The position numbers and the translations under genes were made by a program. A DNA stretch of 63,103 nt, the filler included, from Octopus bimaculoides (Eukaryota), in assembly GCF_001194135.2 (NCBI RefSeq). It is 6 parts of 5 records of this genome, joined end to end, with 100 filler letters (N's around TTAATTAATTAA, not from the genome) between each part and the next. Parts side by side here need not be neighbours in the genome. Positions count along the whole stretch, not along the records: positions 14,838 to 26,249 come from NC_068981.1; positions 26,350 to 40,981 come from NC_068992.1; 4 more parts are not named here. One strand, 5' to 3'. Shown in pieces: positions 24,819 through 38,183 of the stretch. Position 1 is the stretch's first letter; each line of letters starts with the position of its first letter. The notes below the pieces were generated by a model that searched no databases, was not told the origin of the DNA, and was given only the letters and a program-made list of their open reading frames with translations.

Positions 24819-25245
24819 ATACATTCCATAATATTCTTTTAAACTATTATTCAGAGGATGTGTGGTTGTGTCCGTGGGTCTTGAAAACTCTACATCTTTG
24901 GTTCTCAACAGGGGTCTATAAGATGTTGTTAAAATATATCTGCCATAAATTGGTTATACTTCTACAAGACAAAATATTTCGACAATTTCTTTTGATACAA
25001 TTCCTAATGATATTTCATTATAAAAATATAGTAGGAATTTTAAAACATCAAATGGCTACAAGGGTTCACCCGACTAAAATAGTTATCTAAAGGGATCATA
25101 GGTAAAAAATGACTGGGAACCACTGCTCTATACAAATACACACACACATGTGCGCGCGCACACACATGCACATGCACACATACACACACAGATCTGTTTA
25201 CAAGTATTCGTATATTCAAATTTAGAATTGGGGTATATAGATTAA

Positions 25246-25465
25246 CCCCTTAACATTTCGACCAGCAATATCTGGTCAAGATATTCTACCTGTTTTAGGT
25301 AGAAACTGGCCAGATCCTGCTTCTTACACCTACCCAACAATGTCATTCTAAAAAACTAAACAGCCACACTATCAAAATCTCAGTTACAAGATAATGCATG
25401 AATAATTCTAAACAATGTAAATAAATAAGCTTTGCATTGGACAGAGTAATCCAAATGTTAAAGGA
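25246..25465 (-). mobile_element. piggyBac-like MITE (TTAA-flanked)
   Basis: TTAA|CCCCTTAACATTT ... AAATGTTAAAGGA|TTAA. The body matches 44680-44899 in reverse, with another copy near 13805-13975. Confidence 0.6.
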
Positions 25466-25712
25466 TTAAACACCTGCAGTAAACGACTACAAGTGTTGAG
25501 AGAAGAACTTTAACATAACATGACATTTTCCAGCGGGTTTCATTGCTGGTGAGTTTTTGGTAATGCATAGAAGTGTCAGCTACCAGTCTCTCTCTCTCTC
25601 TCTCTGATCCTAATACAGTCAACAACATAATTATACTCAGTGAACTGTGTTACGTCCAAGTAGAGAAACTATCACAGGAAACATATTTTCATTCTTTCTT
25701 TCTTTCTTTCTT

Positions 25713-25754
<42 letters not shown>

Positions 25755-26184
25755 TTCATTGCTACCAAAACAATTTTTAACAGCAGAGAGGTGACATGTT
25801 GCTAGCTGATTGTGATTTTGGTGCAGTGAATAGCCTGCAATGCAATACCATAATACTGAGATCCAAACAATTCTATGTGTTTGATTGAAATATAGTTATT
25901 TTTTTCAGCAATACACAGAAACGAAGATTATGTTGCAGTACAGAAAATATAGTGATAGCATATAACTAAATAATTTGCCTTTGTGTAATACAATGAATTG
26001 ATTTCTGACCCAACTCTGACTTAGTGTGGTGTGAGTGTGTATGATTGATGACTCAGCTTAATTCCTTATGAATGACACATACAAATATGTATACAGATAT
26101 ATATATATATATAATGTGTTTATATATTCTTTATATACTGAGCTATATAAATACATCTGTATCACACACACACACACACACACA

Positions 26185-26238
<54 letters not shown>

Positions 26239-26469
26239 TATGCATATTTNNNNNNNNNNNNNNNNNNNNNNNNNNNNNNNNNNNNNNNNNNNNTTAATTA
26301 ATTAANNNNNNNNNNNNNNNNNNNNNNNNNNNNNNNNNNNNNNNNNNNNTCTCATCGAGGTCAGCTTTAACTGCAATCCTTTTGGGATAAAATAAAGTAC
26401 CAGCCTAGTATTAATTGATTGTATCTTCCATCAAAGCCTGAGGTCTTGTGTTAATGTGAGAAATTATTA

Positions 26470-26700
26470 TTAAAACCGCTAAAGCCGGTGAGCTGGCAGA
26501 ATCGTTTGTACTTCGAACAAAATGCTTAGCGGCATTTCGTCCGGCTGTTTACGTTCGTAGTTCAAATGCCCCCGAGGTCACTTTTACCTTTCATCCATTC
26601 GGGGGTCAATAAAATAAGTACCAGTTGGGTATTGGAATTGATGTAATCGATTTACCGCACCCCTCCCGAAAATGTTGTCCTAACGCTAAAATTAGAAGAT
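26470..26700 (+). mobile_element. tRNA-derived SINE (family D)
   Basis: GAGCTGGCAGAATCG...GAGTTCAAAT-like B box...GGGGTCGATAAAATAAGTACCAGTTG. Related copies lie near 34511-34720(+), 54790-55025(-), 60400-60665(-) and 61600-61790(-). Confidence 0.7.
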
Positions 26701-28378
26701 ATTGTTAAAATCGAATTTGTTCCGATTTCTTACGTTCTGAGTTGAAATCATTTCGAGGTCGTCTTTAACTGTTATCTTTCCCAAGTCAATAAATACCAGT
26801 CTTCTCCGAAGGATGATATAATCGACTGTTCTCGTCATCACATATTTCTGGCTTTGTCAGAAATGATTGGTAGAGTGTCGGATAGGAAAAAAAAATACAG
26901 AAAAGACTACGGTAATTGATTCCCTTTCTCAGTTACGTTTGAATGTTGCTATGCTGGAGCACCACCTTAAAAGGTATTAGTCGAAGAAATAGACCTTAGG
27001 ACTTATTCTTTGTAAGCCTAGTACTTATTATCTCGGTATCCTTCGTCGAACCGCTAAATTACGGGGATATAAACACACTAGCATCAGTTGTCAAGCGATG
27101 GTGGGGGACAAACACAGACAGACACACACACACAAATATATACATATATATATGTACGAAGGGCTTCTTCCAGTTTCTGTCTACCAAGTCCATTCACAAG
27201 TAGAAAACACTTGCCCAAGTAACACGCAGTGAGAGTGACCCGGAACCATGAGGTTGGGAAACAAGGCTCTTACCACACAGCCACGCCTGCGCCTATAATA
27301 TGGAACGCCAGAACAGCATTTCGACCACAAATATATTAACAGATGATTCGCACACAAATTAAAAATTGGCAGCTAAAATATGCACTATTGCACATTATTT
27401 CTCTCTCTGTCCCCAGTATCCTTACAAAATTACCCACCATTCTCAGAAGGCGGTGCTGTCTACTTTGAGAAACACCGATCTTTCCGATTGTTTCGGTATT
27501 TATCTCAATGATCGTCTGCTAGTTTGCCGGTCCGCCTAAATCACTTATCAGTTAGACTACTTACCTGTCTACTTATCTTATCTGTCTTTCATAATTTGCG
27601 ACATTCTAGAAGCGTACAAATGCGCCCAATTGTATTCGTATTATCATAAACACCAACGCATATTAACATCAATGCACATTTTCTATTATTCGACGGTTTG
27701 CTTTCTCTCTCTCCATCCCTCTTCTCTCTTCCCTTTCCTCACCTCTGTGTATACATGCTTATTATATATATATATATATATATNNNNNNNNNNNNNNNNN
27801 NNNNNNNNNNNNNNNNNNNNNNNNNNNNNNNNNNNNNNNNNNNNNNNNNNNNNNNNNNNNNNNNNNNNNNNNNNNNNNNNNNNNNNNNNNNNNNNNNNNN
27901 NNNNNNNNNNNNNNNNNNNNNNNNNNNNNNNNNNNNNNNNNNNNNNNNNNNNNNNNNNNNNNNNNNNNNNNNNNNNNNNNNNNNNNNNNNNNNNNNNNNN
28001 NNNNNNNNNNNNNNNNNNNNNNNNNNNNNNNNNNNNNNNNNNNNNNNNNNNNNNNNNNNNNNNNNNNNNNNNNNNNNNNNNNNNNNNNNNNNNNNNNNNN
28101 NNNNNNNNNNNNNNNNNNNNNNNNNNNNNNNNNNNNNNNNNNNNNNNNNNNNNNNNNNNNNNNNNNNNNNNNNNNNNNNNNNNNNNNNNNNNNNNNNNNN
28201 NNNNNNNNNNNNNNNNNNNNNNNNNNNNNNNNNNNNNNNNNNNNNNNNNNNNNNNNNNNNNNNNNNNNNNNNNNNNNNNNNNNNNNNNNNNNNNNNNNNN
28301 NNNNNNNNNNNNNNNNNNNNNNNNNNNNNNNNNNNNNNNNNNNNNNNNNNNNNNNNNNNNNNNNNNNNNNNNNNNNTG

Positions 28379-28413
<35 letters not shown>

Positions 28414-29039
28414 GTATAAATGTGTGTGTAAAAATATAAACACTCACACACACATATACCTCTTCATTCAGTTATTCAGAGCCATTTTAACGATGCGTCC
28501 TGCCCTAACTCTTCGAAACGCCAGTGTTATAATGGTAGCAGCTGATGAAGGATATGTTCTCTATGCGGCCTGTGTGTTTTTTTGTACCCTGTTTATCATT
28601 TTGTCCATGTTTTTTTTGCAACATCATGTACCCAGATATACATCTATATATACATGTAGATGAAGGTATGTACATACATTTACATATTTATGCATATACT
28701 CATATTTTATATATATATATATATACAACAAGCTTCTTTCAGTTTCCGTCTACCAAATCTACTTACAAATCTTTGGTTGACCTGTGGTTATAGTAGAAGA
28801 CACTTGCTCAAGGTGCCACGTTGTGGGAATGAAGGGATGAATCCGGAACCATGAGGCTGGGATGCAAGCTTCTTACCACACAGCCACACCTACATACGTA
28901 TATATATATAAGTAATGTTATCATCCTTGTATTCAAATAAATACAGAGCATTATCTTACAACGATATTGAACCTCCTAATTTATGAATTACTTACATGGC
29001 TAATTTTTCCACCTCCTCTTTTTTTACATGATCTTGTAG

Positions 29040-29431
29040 GGAAGTGGTTATACACCATTAGGTGTACTCCGCTTCCGTACATTAATTTCTTGAAGAAACA
29101 ACGGAACGCAGATTCTGAACTATCAACACAACAATATTTATTACAATAGAATTCGGCAGCACTCCACGCTTTGGTTACTGAGACGCCGTCAATGATGTTG
29201 CGTGGTTATTTGTCTAGCTCCAGAGTTGGAATGTTGGAGAGAGGCTGTTGACGACGTCTAGGCCCTTCGTCGGCCAGGGTGAAAGAGGATGAAAATCCGC
29301 GCGAAGCTTGGATATCGATGACTACGCATGCGCATAAGACTCTTCCTGTATTCCTACCGGAACTAGTCCCTGCGCATGCGTGGATAGAAACTCCGGAAAT
29401 GTCGTCTGCTATTAAGGCGTCACTACAATCT
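29040..29431. promoter_or_regulatory. CpG-rich housekeeping-type promoter island (NRF1 + ETS motifs), direction uncertain
   Basis: NRF1-like TACGCATGCGCA (29323-29334) and TGCGCATGCGTG (29371-29382). ETS-like ACCGGAAC (29356) and TCCGGAAAT (29392), with ACTACAATC at 29422. Local CpG/GC is clearly above the flanks. Confidence 0.6.
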
Positions 29432-30299
29432 ATTTTATTGTTCTGACTTCGTAGTATTATCCTCTCAACACCCTTCTTCATTATATTGAATCTTCTCTCT
29501 CCTATATTATCCTTTAGTTTTCTTAAATTTCTCTCATCCTTCCTTCCTCCTCCCCGTTATAGATATCTTTTTATTTGTTGACCGCAACATGATGTAAATA
29601 ATATGGTTTTCTTATCTAATCTTTGTTCAGATCCATTTATTACACTACCCTACGTGTTGCTCTGTCTTTTCAAGCAATTTGTTGCCTCCACCTACAAAAT
29701 TTGAACTACAATAGTTGAAAATAGCATTCTTTTCCCCGTACAACTATTACATAGTTCCTATTATTTAGTTACAAGGTTCCGCATGGATTCTGAGTTGGCT
29801 CTGGCGTAGAGTTCAATTCGACAAATTTTTTATAACACTGGGCAAGACTTTCTCGAACCTTCGAATTACAATATGGTGGGGAGTTCATATAACATCTATT
29901 TAATGTTTGTCACCCTTTACTGATACACACCGATGCAAAATGGCCGGTAAACACTTAAGTGGGCGTTCCGTTCTGTCAAGGCGTCAGTCTTGTCTGTTAT
30001 TATGATTTGACTACGAGTAAGCAGTAACTCTTAGCTGGAAATTCAAGCGAGGTGGTTCGAATCGAGCCAGAGACCTGTTAGAAATACTTACGTATTCTAT
30101 TTATAGTAGTCCAAAATTATATACTTGTACAATATACTGATCTTATCAACTTTTAGTATATTTAAAAACCTTGTGATTACCCACTCTTGACATTATTGTT
30201 GTAGCTTTATAAGCATTGCCCACAGCAATATAATTTAGTATTATAATTCACATTTCTAAATTTCTGTCAAACTCATCATCATCATCATCATCATCTTCG

Positions 30300-30330
<31 letters not shown>

Positions 30331-30618
30331 TTAACGTCCGTTTTCAATGTTGGAAGGTTTAACAGGAGTTGGTAAAACCAGGAACCGCAATAGGCTCAAT
30401 TGTCTGTTCTGGCATGATTGCTACAGCTGGATGCCCTTCCTAATGCCACCCACTTCACAGAGTGTACTGAGTGCTTTTTATGTGGCACCAACACCAGCAC
30501 CAGTGCTTTTAAAGTGACACCAGCGCGAGTGCGTTTTATGTGGCACCACCACTGGTATCAATTCTGCTGTGGCAGATTCAATTTATCTCCGTGGGTTTGA
30601 ACTCTCCAAAATCTACTA

Positions 30619-30839
30619 ACCGTATTTCCCGGTATACAAATCGAATCTTTCAGAGCAAAATCTACAGCAATAAATAAATGATAAAAAATGGTAGGCTGAC
30701 TTATAGACCAAAACTAATTTGGAGGGTCATAAACTCCATGTGAAATGCAGCAAGATTTGGAAAGACTGGCAATGCTTCATTTTTATACTATACGTTTTCA
30801 CTATATACTAAATCGACTTGTATACCGAAAAATACGATA
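30619..30839. mobile_element. Tc1/pogo-like MITE
   Basis: Imperfect TIRs ACCGTATTTCCCGGTATACAAATCGA ... TCGACTTGTATACCGAAAAATACGAT, with about 220 bp of non-coding interior. Confidence 0.55.
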
Positions 30840-31452
30840 GAGACAATGTTTTCATCTCTTTGGGCTCTACGGAGTTTGTTTACAATTCATCCTGTTTACA
30901 ATTCCATTCGTTCATCATATTATTCTATTACTCTTCATCTAAATTTGCCCTCACTATAATTACATCTTTATTGCTGAATCCTAACCAAATTAACACTGCA
31001 TCTAATATTCATTCCAGTTTTAAGGGGCTTGTTTACAGTTTCTTTTCTCGTCCTCCTATTTAGTCATTCACCATCCACCACTGCTGTAAACAAAATTGTT
31101 TCCAATTTAATCTTTACTGCTCATCTTCTACATTTAACCCTTATACAGCCACCGATCTTCAAACAACTTCTTTGCAATCCGCCATTAAAGACTAATAGTC
31201 TTGTAAACACAAAATTCTTTCGTTGTAGCTTTACACATAGTTCGTTTCCAAATAAACGCGATATCTCTCATGGTCTTTCATTAGCATTATAAGCGCAGAC
31301 GTGTATCTGTGGTATGAAGCCTGGTTTCCAACCATGCAGTGTTGGGTTCATTCCTACTGTGTAACATCTTGGGTAAGTGTCTTCCACTATAGCCTCAGGT
31401 CCCCCCGAAGTCATGTGAGTGCATTTAGTAGATGGAAACTTAAAGAAGCCCA

Positions 31453-31489
<37 letters not shown>

Positions 31490-31575
31490 AAAAAAAAACG
31501 GAGAAAAAAACAACAACGCGAGGACATGGTACATGCAAAGTATTAATAAGACGCCCAGGGAAGGAAAGAAAGGGT

Positions 31576-31610
31576 GTTTTACGTTTCGAGCAAAGCTCTT
31601 CTTCAGAAAC
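31576..31610 (-). ncRNA. Minimal type I hammerhead ribozyme motif (Penelope-type)
   Basis: The minus strand reads GUUU-CUGAAGA-A-[GAGC UUU GCUC]-GAAA-CGU-A/AAAC. Core boxes are intact, stem I is 4 bp, stem II is 4 bp, stem III is palindromic ACGU, and the cleavage triplet is GUA. Confidence 0.65.
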
Positions 31611-32447
31611 AGGAGACAAAGGAAAGTCTAAAAGAAAAGGAAAAAAAATCGCCAGCAATATGTATATGTATATATATATATATATATGAGAATTTACGAA
31701 AAAGACAACAACAGACGAGGACAGGTGGTGTAAACAACAAAAGGATGTATTAGTTTAACGCTCGAGAATAGAGAAAGTCTTTAACGTTTCGAGCTATGTG
31801 CGTGCGTGCGTGTGTGAGTTATTATATAGATATCTGTGTGTATGTGTGTGTCGGCGTTTGTATGTATGTATAAACATATATGTGTGCCTTTGCGCTTGTG
31901 TTTGCTCCCTACCACCGCTTAACAACCGGTGCTGGTTTGTTTATTCCCCCATCACTTTGCTATTCAGCAAAAGAGAGATTCACAGGATAAGTACTTGTCT
32001 TAAAAATAAGTAATGATATCGATTAATTTGATGAAAAGAAAGCCCCTCCAAGACGGTGCTCCAGCATGGCTGCAATTCAAAGACTGAAGCAAGTAAAATA
32101 TAAAAGATCAAAATAAAAATTTTCTCCATTTTTGTTTTTTAATCAGTCAAAATATTTAACAGAAATTCGATATTTAAGAGAAATTCGATAATGTGCATTC
32201 ACAAATCTTCAATTACAACCAAAAGTTTAGCAAAGCTACACAGTTACTTCAGTCAAAATGCAATTGTAAAATGTATATTCTTTTATTTGTTTTAGTCATT
32301 TGACTGCGGCCATTGGACTGCCTTTAGTCGAGCAAATCGACCCCAGAACTTATTCTTTGTAAGCCTAGTACTTATTCTATTGGTCTCTCTGCCGAACAGC
32401 TAAGTTACGGGGACCTAAACACACCAGCATCGGTGGGGGGACAATTG

Positions 32448-32481
<34 letters not shown>

Positions 32482-35400
32482 CATATACGACGGGCTTCTT
32501 TCAGTTTCCGTCTACCAAATCCTCTCACAAGGCTTTGGTCAGTCCGAGGCTATATAGTAGAAGACTGTTGCCCAAGAGGTGCCACGCAGTGGGACTGAAC
32601 CCGGAACCATGTGGCTGGGAAGCAAGCTACTTACTACACAGCCACNNNNNNNNNNNNNNNNNNNNNNNNNNNNNNNNNNNNNNNNNNNNNNNNNNNNNNN
32701 NNNNNNAATGCAAACAAAAGCGACAGAAAGCGAAAGCGAAATCAAAAACCAAAAAGGAGACGAAACAAAAAAACAAAACAACAAAAAAACAAAGATAGTA
32801 GAGGTAATAATAATGATAATAATAATAAAATGAAATAAAATAAAGTAAACTAAAGATGTAAAAACCAAACAGCCTCTTAATTTCTTATTAGCAGAATATT
32901 TTTTTAAGACGTTGGAATGGAAACAAGTTTAACAGATGCTGTAATCATATGTTTTCATTTAAGATCTTTCACTACATTATTGTCATCTGGTTTGCAAACC
33001 ATCGTGTATTTCTTACGTATGCTACGCATTTCTTTCTCTTTGTATCTTGTGTTGTGTTTTTTTTTCTCTCTCTCTATGCATAATTATTTTTAGGCATAGC
33101 TGTGTGGTTAAGAAGCTCACTTAGCAACCACGTCGTTTCGGGTTCGGGTTCAGTTCTTACTACACGGCACTTATATCTCAGAGCGTGAACCAATGCCTTG
33201 TGTGTGGGTTTGATGGACGGAAACTGCGGAAAGCCATCATCTATTTATCTATCTATTTATCTATCTATCCATCTANNNNNNNNNNNNNNNNNNNNNNNNN
33301 NNNNNNNNNNNNNNNNNNNNNNNNNNNNNNNNNNNNNNNNNNNNNNNNNNNNNNNNNNNNNNNNNNNNNNNNNNNNNNNNNNNNNNNNNNNNNNNNNNNN
33401 NNNNNNNNNNNNNNNNNNNNNNNNNNNNNNNNNNNNNNNNNNNNNNNNNNNNNNNNNNNNNNNNNNNNNNNNNNNNNNNNNNNNNNNNNNNNNNNNNNNN
33501 NNNNNNNNNNNNNNNNNNNNNNNNNNNNNNNNNNNNNNNNNNNNNNNNNNNNNNNNNNNNNNNNNNNNNNNNNNNNNNNNNNNNNNNNNNNATATATACA
33601 TAGATTCATCTTCAGTTACATGACAAGACAGGTTCGTCCTACGAGCCTACGAAACATTCTAGGCTTTGCTCTTGTATTTCATTTGTCGACATGACGATTG
33701 CAAAACTGATAAGGAATCGAAATGAAAATCTGTATCGGATAGTTGAAAGTTGCTGCAGAGAATCGGTAAAGGATATTACTAATTTAACTTGCTTTCATAA
33801 AAGTGAAGGCAGCAGATTTCTTGAAAATGGCTGTAAGAAGTTAATGGTTCAGCTATCGTTCTGAAATGATTGAAGAGAAGGAACTAAGATGGACAAACAA
33901 CGGCTGTAAATTTGGGATATTTGTGTAATAAGTAGACCGAGAGAGATCGATGTAAAACTTAGACAGTCAGGCAGATAGATATAAATAGACAGGTAAATGG
34001 ATAGTTTACTTGTTAGCTAAATAGATTGATAGATTGATGATATTTCTTATTTAAAAAGTAATTTATGAAAAGTACAGCAGCTAAAAAAGAAAAAAAATCT
34101 AAAACAAATAATTATTGTTAAGCTGTCTGAAGAGATAAATATGAATGGAGAATTGTGTTTTTGATTATTTTTCGGAATAAATAAACCTTTTAAAGTAAGA
34201 AATGTCTTATTTTGAACAATGGTAGCTTAGGTGAAGCATTGTATGTGACTTTATAAGTTGATAAAATGCTTTTAACAATGGTGTTGAGAAATGAAAGCGG
34301 TTTAGTAAGGAAGAGAGGGAGAGAGAAAAACAAGAAGGAAAGAGGAGAGAGAGAGGAGGAGAGAAGGGTGAGGGAGAGGGGAAGGGAGAGATATATAGAG
34401 GAGGGAGAGAGATATAGAGGAGGGAGAGAGGGAGAGAAAGAAAGAGGGGGAATCTGCGAACGTAATCAGAAGTTTCGTGACAGGTGGATAGCCTTAATCT
34501 TTGTAATATGAGGTTTATTTGGCAGACTCGTTACAGCGTCGGACAAAATGCCATGCATTAATTATTTGTTCCAGCTCCTGAGATTGTGGGTTCAAATCCT
34601 GGCTGAGGTCGACTTTGCCTTTCATCCTTTCGGGGTCGATAAAATAAGTACCAGTTGAACACTGGGATCGATGTAATCGACTTACCCCCTTCCTCCAAAT
34701 TCCAAGTGTTGTGCCTATAGATGGATAGTTGGTTGTATTCCATCTAATGTGACTGTACTCAGAAGGTTGTAATGTCATTTGACAGGAACACGGTATAAAG
34801 AAATACATGGAACAAGGTGGTAACTTTAAATGTCTTTAATGCCGGCCACACGTATATATACACAAGCTGAATGGTAAATGGAAGTGGCTGCTGGACATTT
34901 ATTCATATATCTACATGCATCTGCGTGGGTTGTATGCTTGGTGTTAACCCTGGTGAAGAACTCACGAACAGCGATATGTTAGAACATGTGCAGTGTTGTC
35001 GGTGCTGTGTAGATGTTGTTGACGACGTTGGTAAGAGACGAAGAAGGAGGTAGTTGTAATGTGGTTGGTGGTTAGACCTTAGAAGGGCTGGAACCAACAG
35101 ATCCGTCGTGACTAGGAGGAGGTGAGTTTCTATAGCTAACGGTAGGTTCGTCGTCTTGCACTCAAATCATATAATAATATTCATTTGTAAAATTGGTATA
35201 TACACACACACACACGTATATAAGCAGTCACACCTCACTCTACGAGAATCTGCTTTACGAGACACCGGGTTTACGAGTTTTATTTTTCAAGCAATTGTGC
35301 AAAAGTTTTTACTTCCATAACGAATGTTTTTGCGTGTTACCGAGAAATTTATACAGAGCGAAAAAAGCTTCTACGCAAGCAACTCTAGACTTGCTTTTTA

Positions 35401-35742
35401 AAAAGAAATCTATAAGCCCGTCTACGAGTGCTTGTGAATCGGCGATCGCGTCTACAAGTGATAATGTACGCGAGTGAAAGTGATTCAGAAAACGATTATA
35501 ATAATAATATACTTTTATTATAAATGACCTTGAAATTCTTTTTACTTTACATAAAATATTCTTTACATTCTACTGTCATTTTATTGCCACTTATTTACGA
35601 GTATTATAAATTTTATAGGCAAAATATTTTCCTGGAAACGAATTACGATTTATAACATTACTTATAAACAGAGCACAGAAAACACACAGGCCACATAGAG
35701 AACATTTCCATCATTCTAAAACTGAGCATTTCGAATAGTTAG

Positions 35743-35778
<36 letters not shown>

Positions 35779-36180
35779 NNNNNNNNNNNNNNNNNNNNNN
35801 NNNNNNNNNNNNNNNNNNNNNNNNNNNNNNNNNNNNNNNNNNNNNNNNNNNNNNNNNNNNNNNNNNNNNNNNNNNNNNNNNNNNNNNNNNNNNNNNNNNN
35901 NNNNNNNNNNNNNNNNNNNNNNNNNNNNNNNNNNNNNNNNNNNNNNNNNNNNNNNNNNNNNNNNNNNNNNNNNNNNNNNNNNNNNNNNNNNNNNNNNNNN
36001 NNNNNNNNNNNNNNNNNNNNNNNNNNNNNNNNNNNNNNNNNNNNNNNNNNNNNNNNNNNNNNNNNNNNNNNNNNNNNNNNNNNNNNNNNNNNNNNNNNNN
36101 NNNNNNNNNNNNNNNNNNNNNNNNNNNNNNNNNNNNNNNNNNNNNNNNNNNNNNNNNNNNNNNNNNNNNNNNNNNNNNNN

Positions 36181-36220
<40 letters not shown>

Positions 36221-37490
36221 CGCACACGTACTCCTATACACGCACACACACACACATACTTGAAAACTGTTCACACGTATACTAATACACCTAGCCACAC
36301 CGTCGAATTATCTTCCACGGTTGACTGCTTTTCTGAAGAGAATATTCAGTGAGATTACAGCTTTATAACATCCAACGATGAGGAAGAGATAGACAACAAC
36401 AACAACAAAAACAACAACAGTAACAATAAAAGCAGTAACAACGACGACAAGAACAAGAACAACAACAAAAATAGCAAACACAAACAGTACTCTCACCTAC
36501 GACCCCCCCGCCGCCTCAACCACCACCACGTCNNNNNNNNNNNNNNNNNNNNNNNNNNNNNNNNNNNNNNNNNNNNNNNNNNNNNNNNNNNNNNNNNNNN
36601 NNNNNNNNNNNNNNNNNNNNNNNNNNNNNNNNNNNNNNNNNNNNNNNNNNNNNNNNNNNNNNNNNNNNNNNNNNNNNNNNNNNNNNNNNNNNNNNNNNNN
36701 NNNNNNNNNNNNNNNNNNNNNNNNNNNNNNNNNNNNNNNNNNNNNNNNNNNNNNNNNNNNNNNNNNNNNNNNNNNNNNNNNNNNNNNNNNNNNNNNNNNN
36801 NNNNNNNNNNNNNNNNNNNNNNNNNNNNNNNNNNNNNNNNNNNNNNNNNNNNNNNNNNNNNNNNNNNNNNNNNNNNNNNNNNNNNNNNNNNNNNNNNNNN
36901 NNNNNNNNNNNNNNNNNNNNNNNNNNNNNNNNNNNNNNNNNNNNNNNNNNNNNNNNNNNNNNNNNNNNNNNNNNNNNNNNNNNNNNNNNNNNNNNNNNNN
37001 NNNNNNNNNNNNNNNNNNNNNNNNNNNNNNNNNNNNNNNNNNNNNNNNNNNNNNNNNNNNNNNNNNNNNNNNNNNNNNNNNNNNNNNNNNNNNNNNNNNN
37101 NNNNNNNNNNNNNNNNNNNNNNNNNNNNNNNNNNNNNNNNNNNNNNNNNNNNNNNNNNNNNNNNNNNNNNNNNNNNNNNNNNNNNNNNNNNNNNNNNNNN
37201 NNNNNNNNNNNNNNNNNNNNNNNNNNNNNNNNNNNNNNNNNNNNNNNNNNNNNNNNNNNNNNNNNNNNNNNNNNNNNNNNNNNNNNNNNNNNNNNNNNNN
37301 NNNNNNNNNNNNNNNNNNNNNNNNNNNNNNNNNNNNNNNNNNNNNNNNNNNNNNNNNNNNNNNNNNNNNNNNNNNNNNNNNNNNNNNNNNNNNNNNNNNN
37401 NNNNNNNNNNNNNNNNNNNNNNNNNNNNNNNNNNNNAGATCCACAACAGTATTTTAAGAGCCCCTGAAAAATCTTTGCTTTAGATGTGTG

Positions 37491-38183
37491 TAGGGCCGGA
37501 TTAAGACCCACAGAGGCCCTAAGCACTTAGAAGGTTTTGGTGCCCCCAAGTATATGCAAATGGTTCAAGATGTAAACAAAAGTAATTCAAAATGTAAAGG
37601 ATGATAAACCATAAAATGAATTTTTATTTTTCAAAATGAAACAGAACTAACAATAAGATGGAAAATAATGTTTATTTTTGCATACTTCCACTTTATTTAT
37701 ATTCGAAAAGTTTTCCCCTTTGTTTTTGTTTTTTTAAAATTTAATTGCAAAGTCTTCGATGATATTGTTAAAATTAATTTTGCGTAAAACTTCTGCTTCT
37801 ATATTTCGTATGTGTATTTGGTGTGGAAGATTCTTGATGTGGATACATGTGTTGAAAGAAATACAATTAAACCTTGGGAGAGGCATTATGCCGGTAATAA
37901 ACACACGCACTGGTTCAGTCTTTTATTAATTTATAAACAGTATTTAGTTTTTAGTTTTTAGTTTTTTTTTCCTGCTAAATCATTTCATTGCACTCTTGCA
38001 ATCTCTTCAGTAACTTGTCTCTCCACTTTCATTTCTTTGTAGAGATAAGGCATTAGGAATATTATAATAGCAGGTTTAAAATGATTTTTTTCGTGCCGTA
38101 AACCATTTCCATTTCTGTGGTACCTCCGTCCCTTGATGTCCCAAGCACGTGCTTATTTTGCTTAACGGGTTAATCCAGCGCTG
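37491..38183. mobile_element. Non-autonomous hAT element with 8-bp TSD
   Basis: TIRs TAGGGCCGGATTAA ... TTAATCCAGCGCTG. TSD GATGTGTG (37483-37490) and GATGTATG (38184-38191). The minus strand retains NIEAEVLRKINFNNIIEDFA, like the hAT C-terminal dimerisation region. Confidence 0.8.

Noticed and set aside
29206-29481. 91-aa minus-strand ORF across the promoter island
   Set aside because: No recognisable domain or splice context. It is likely open because of the higher GC content.
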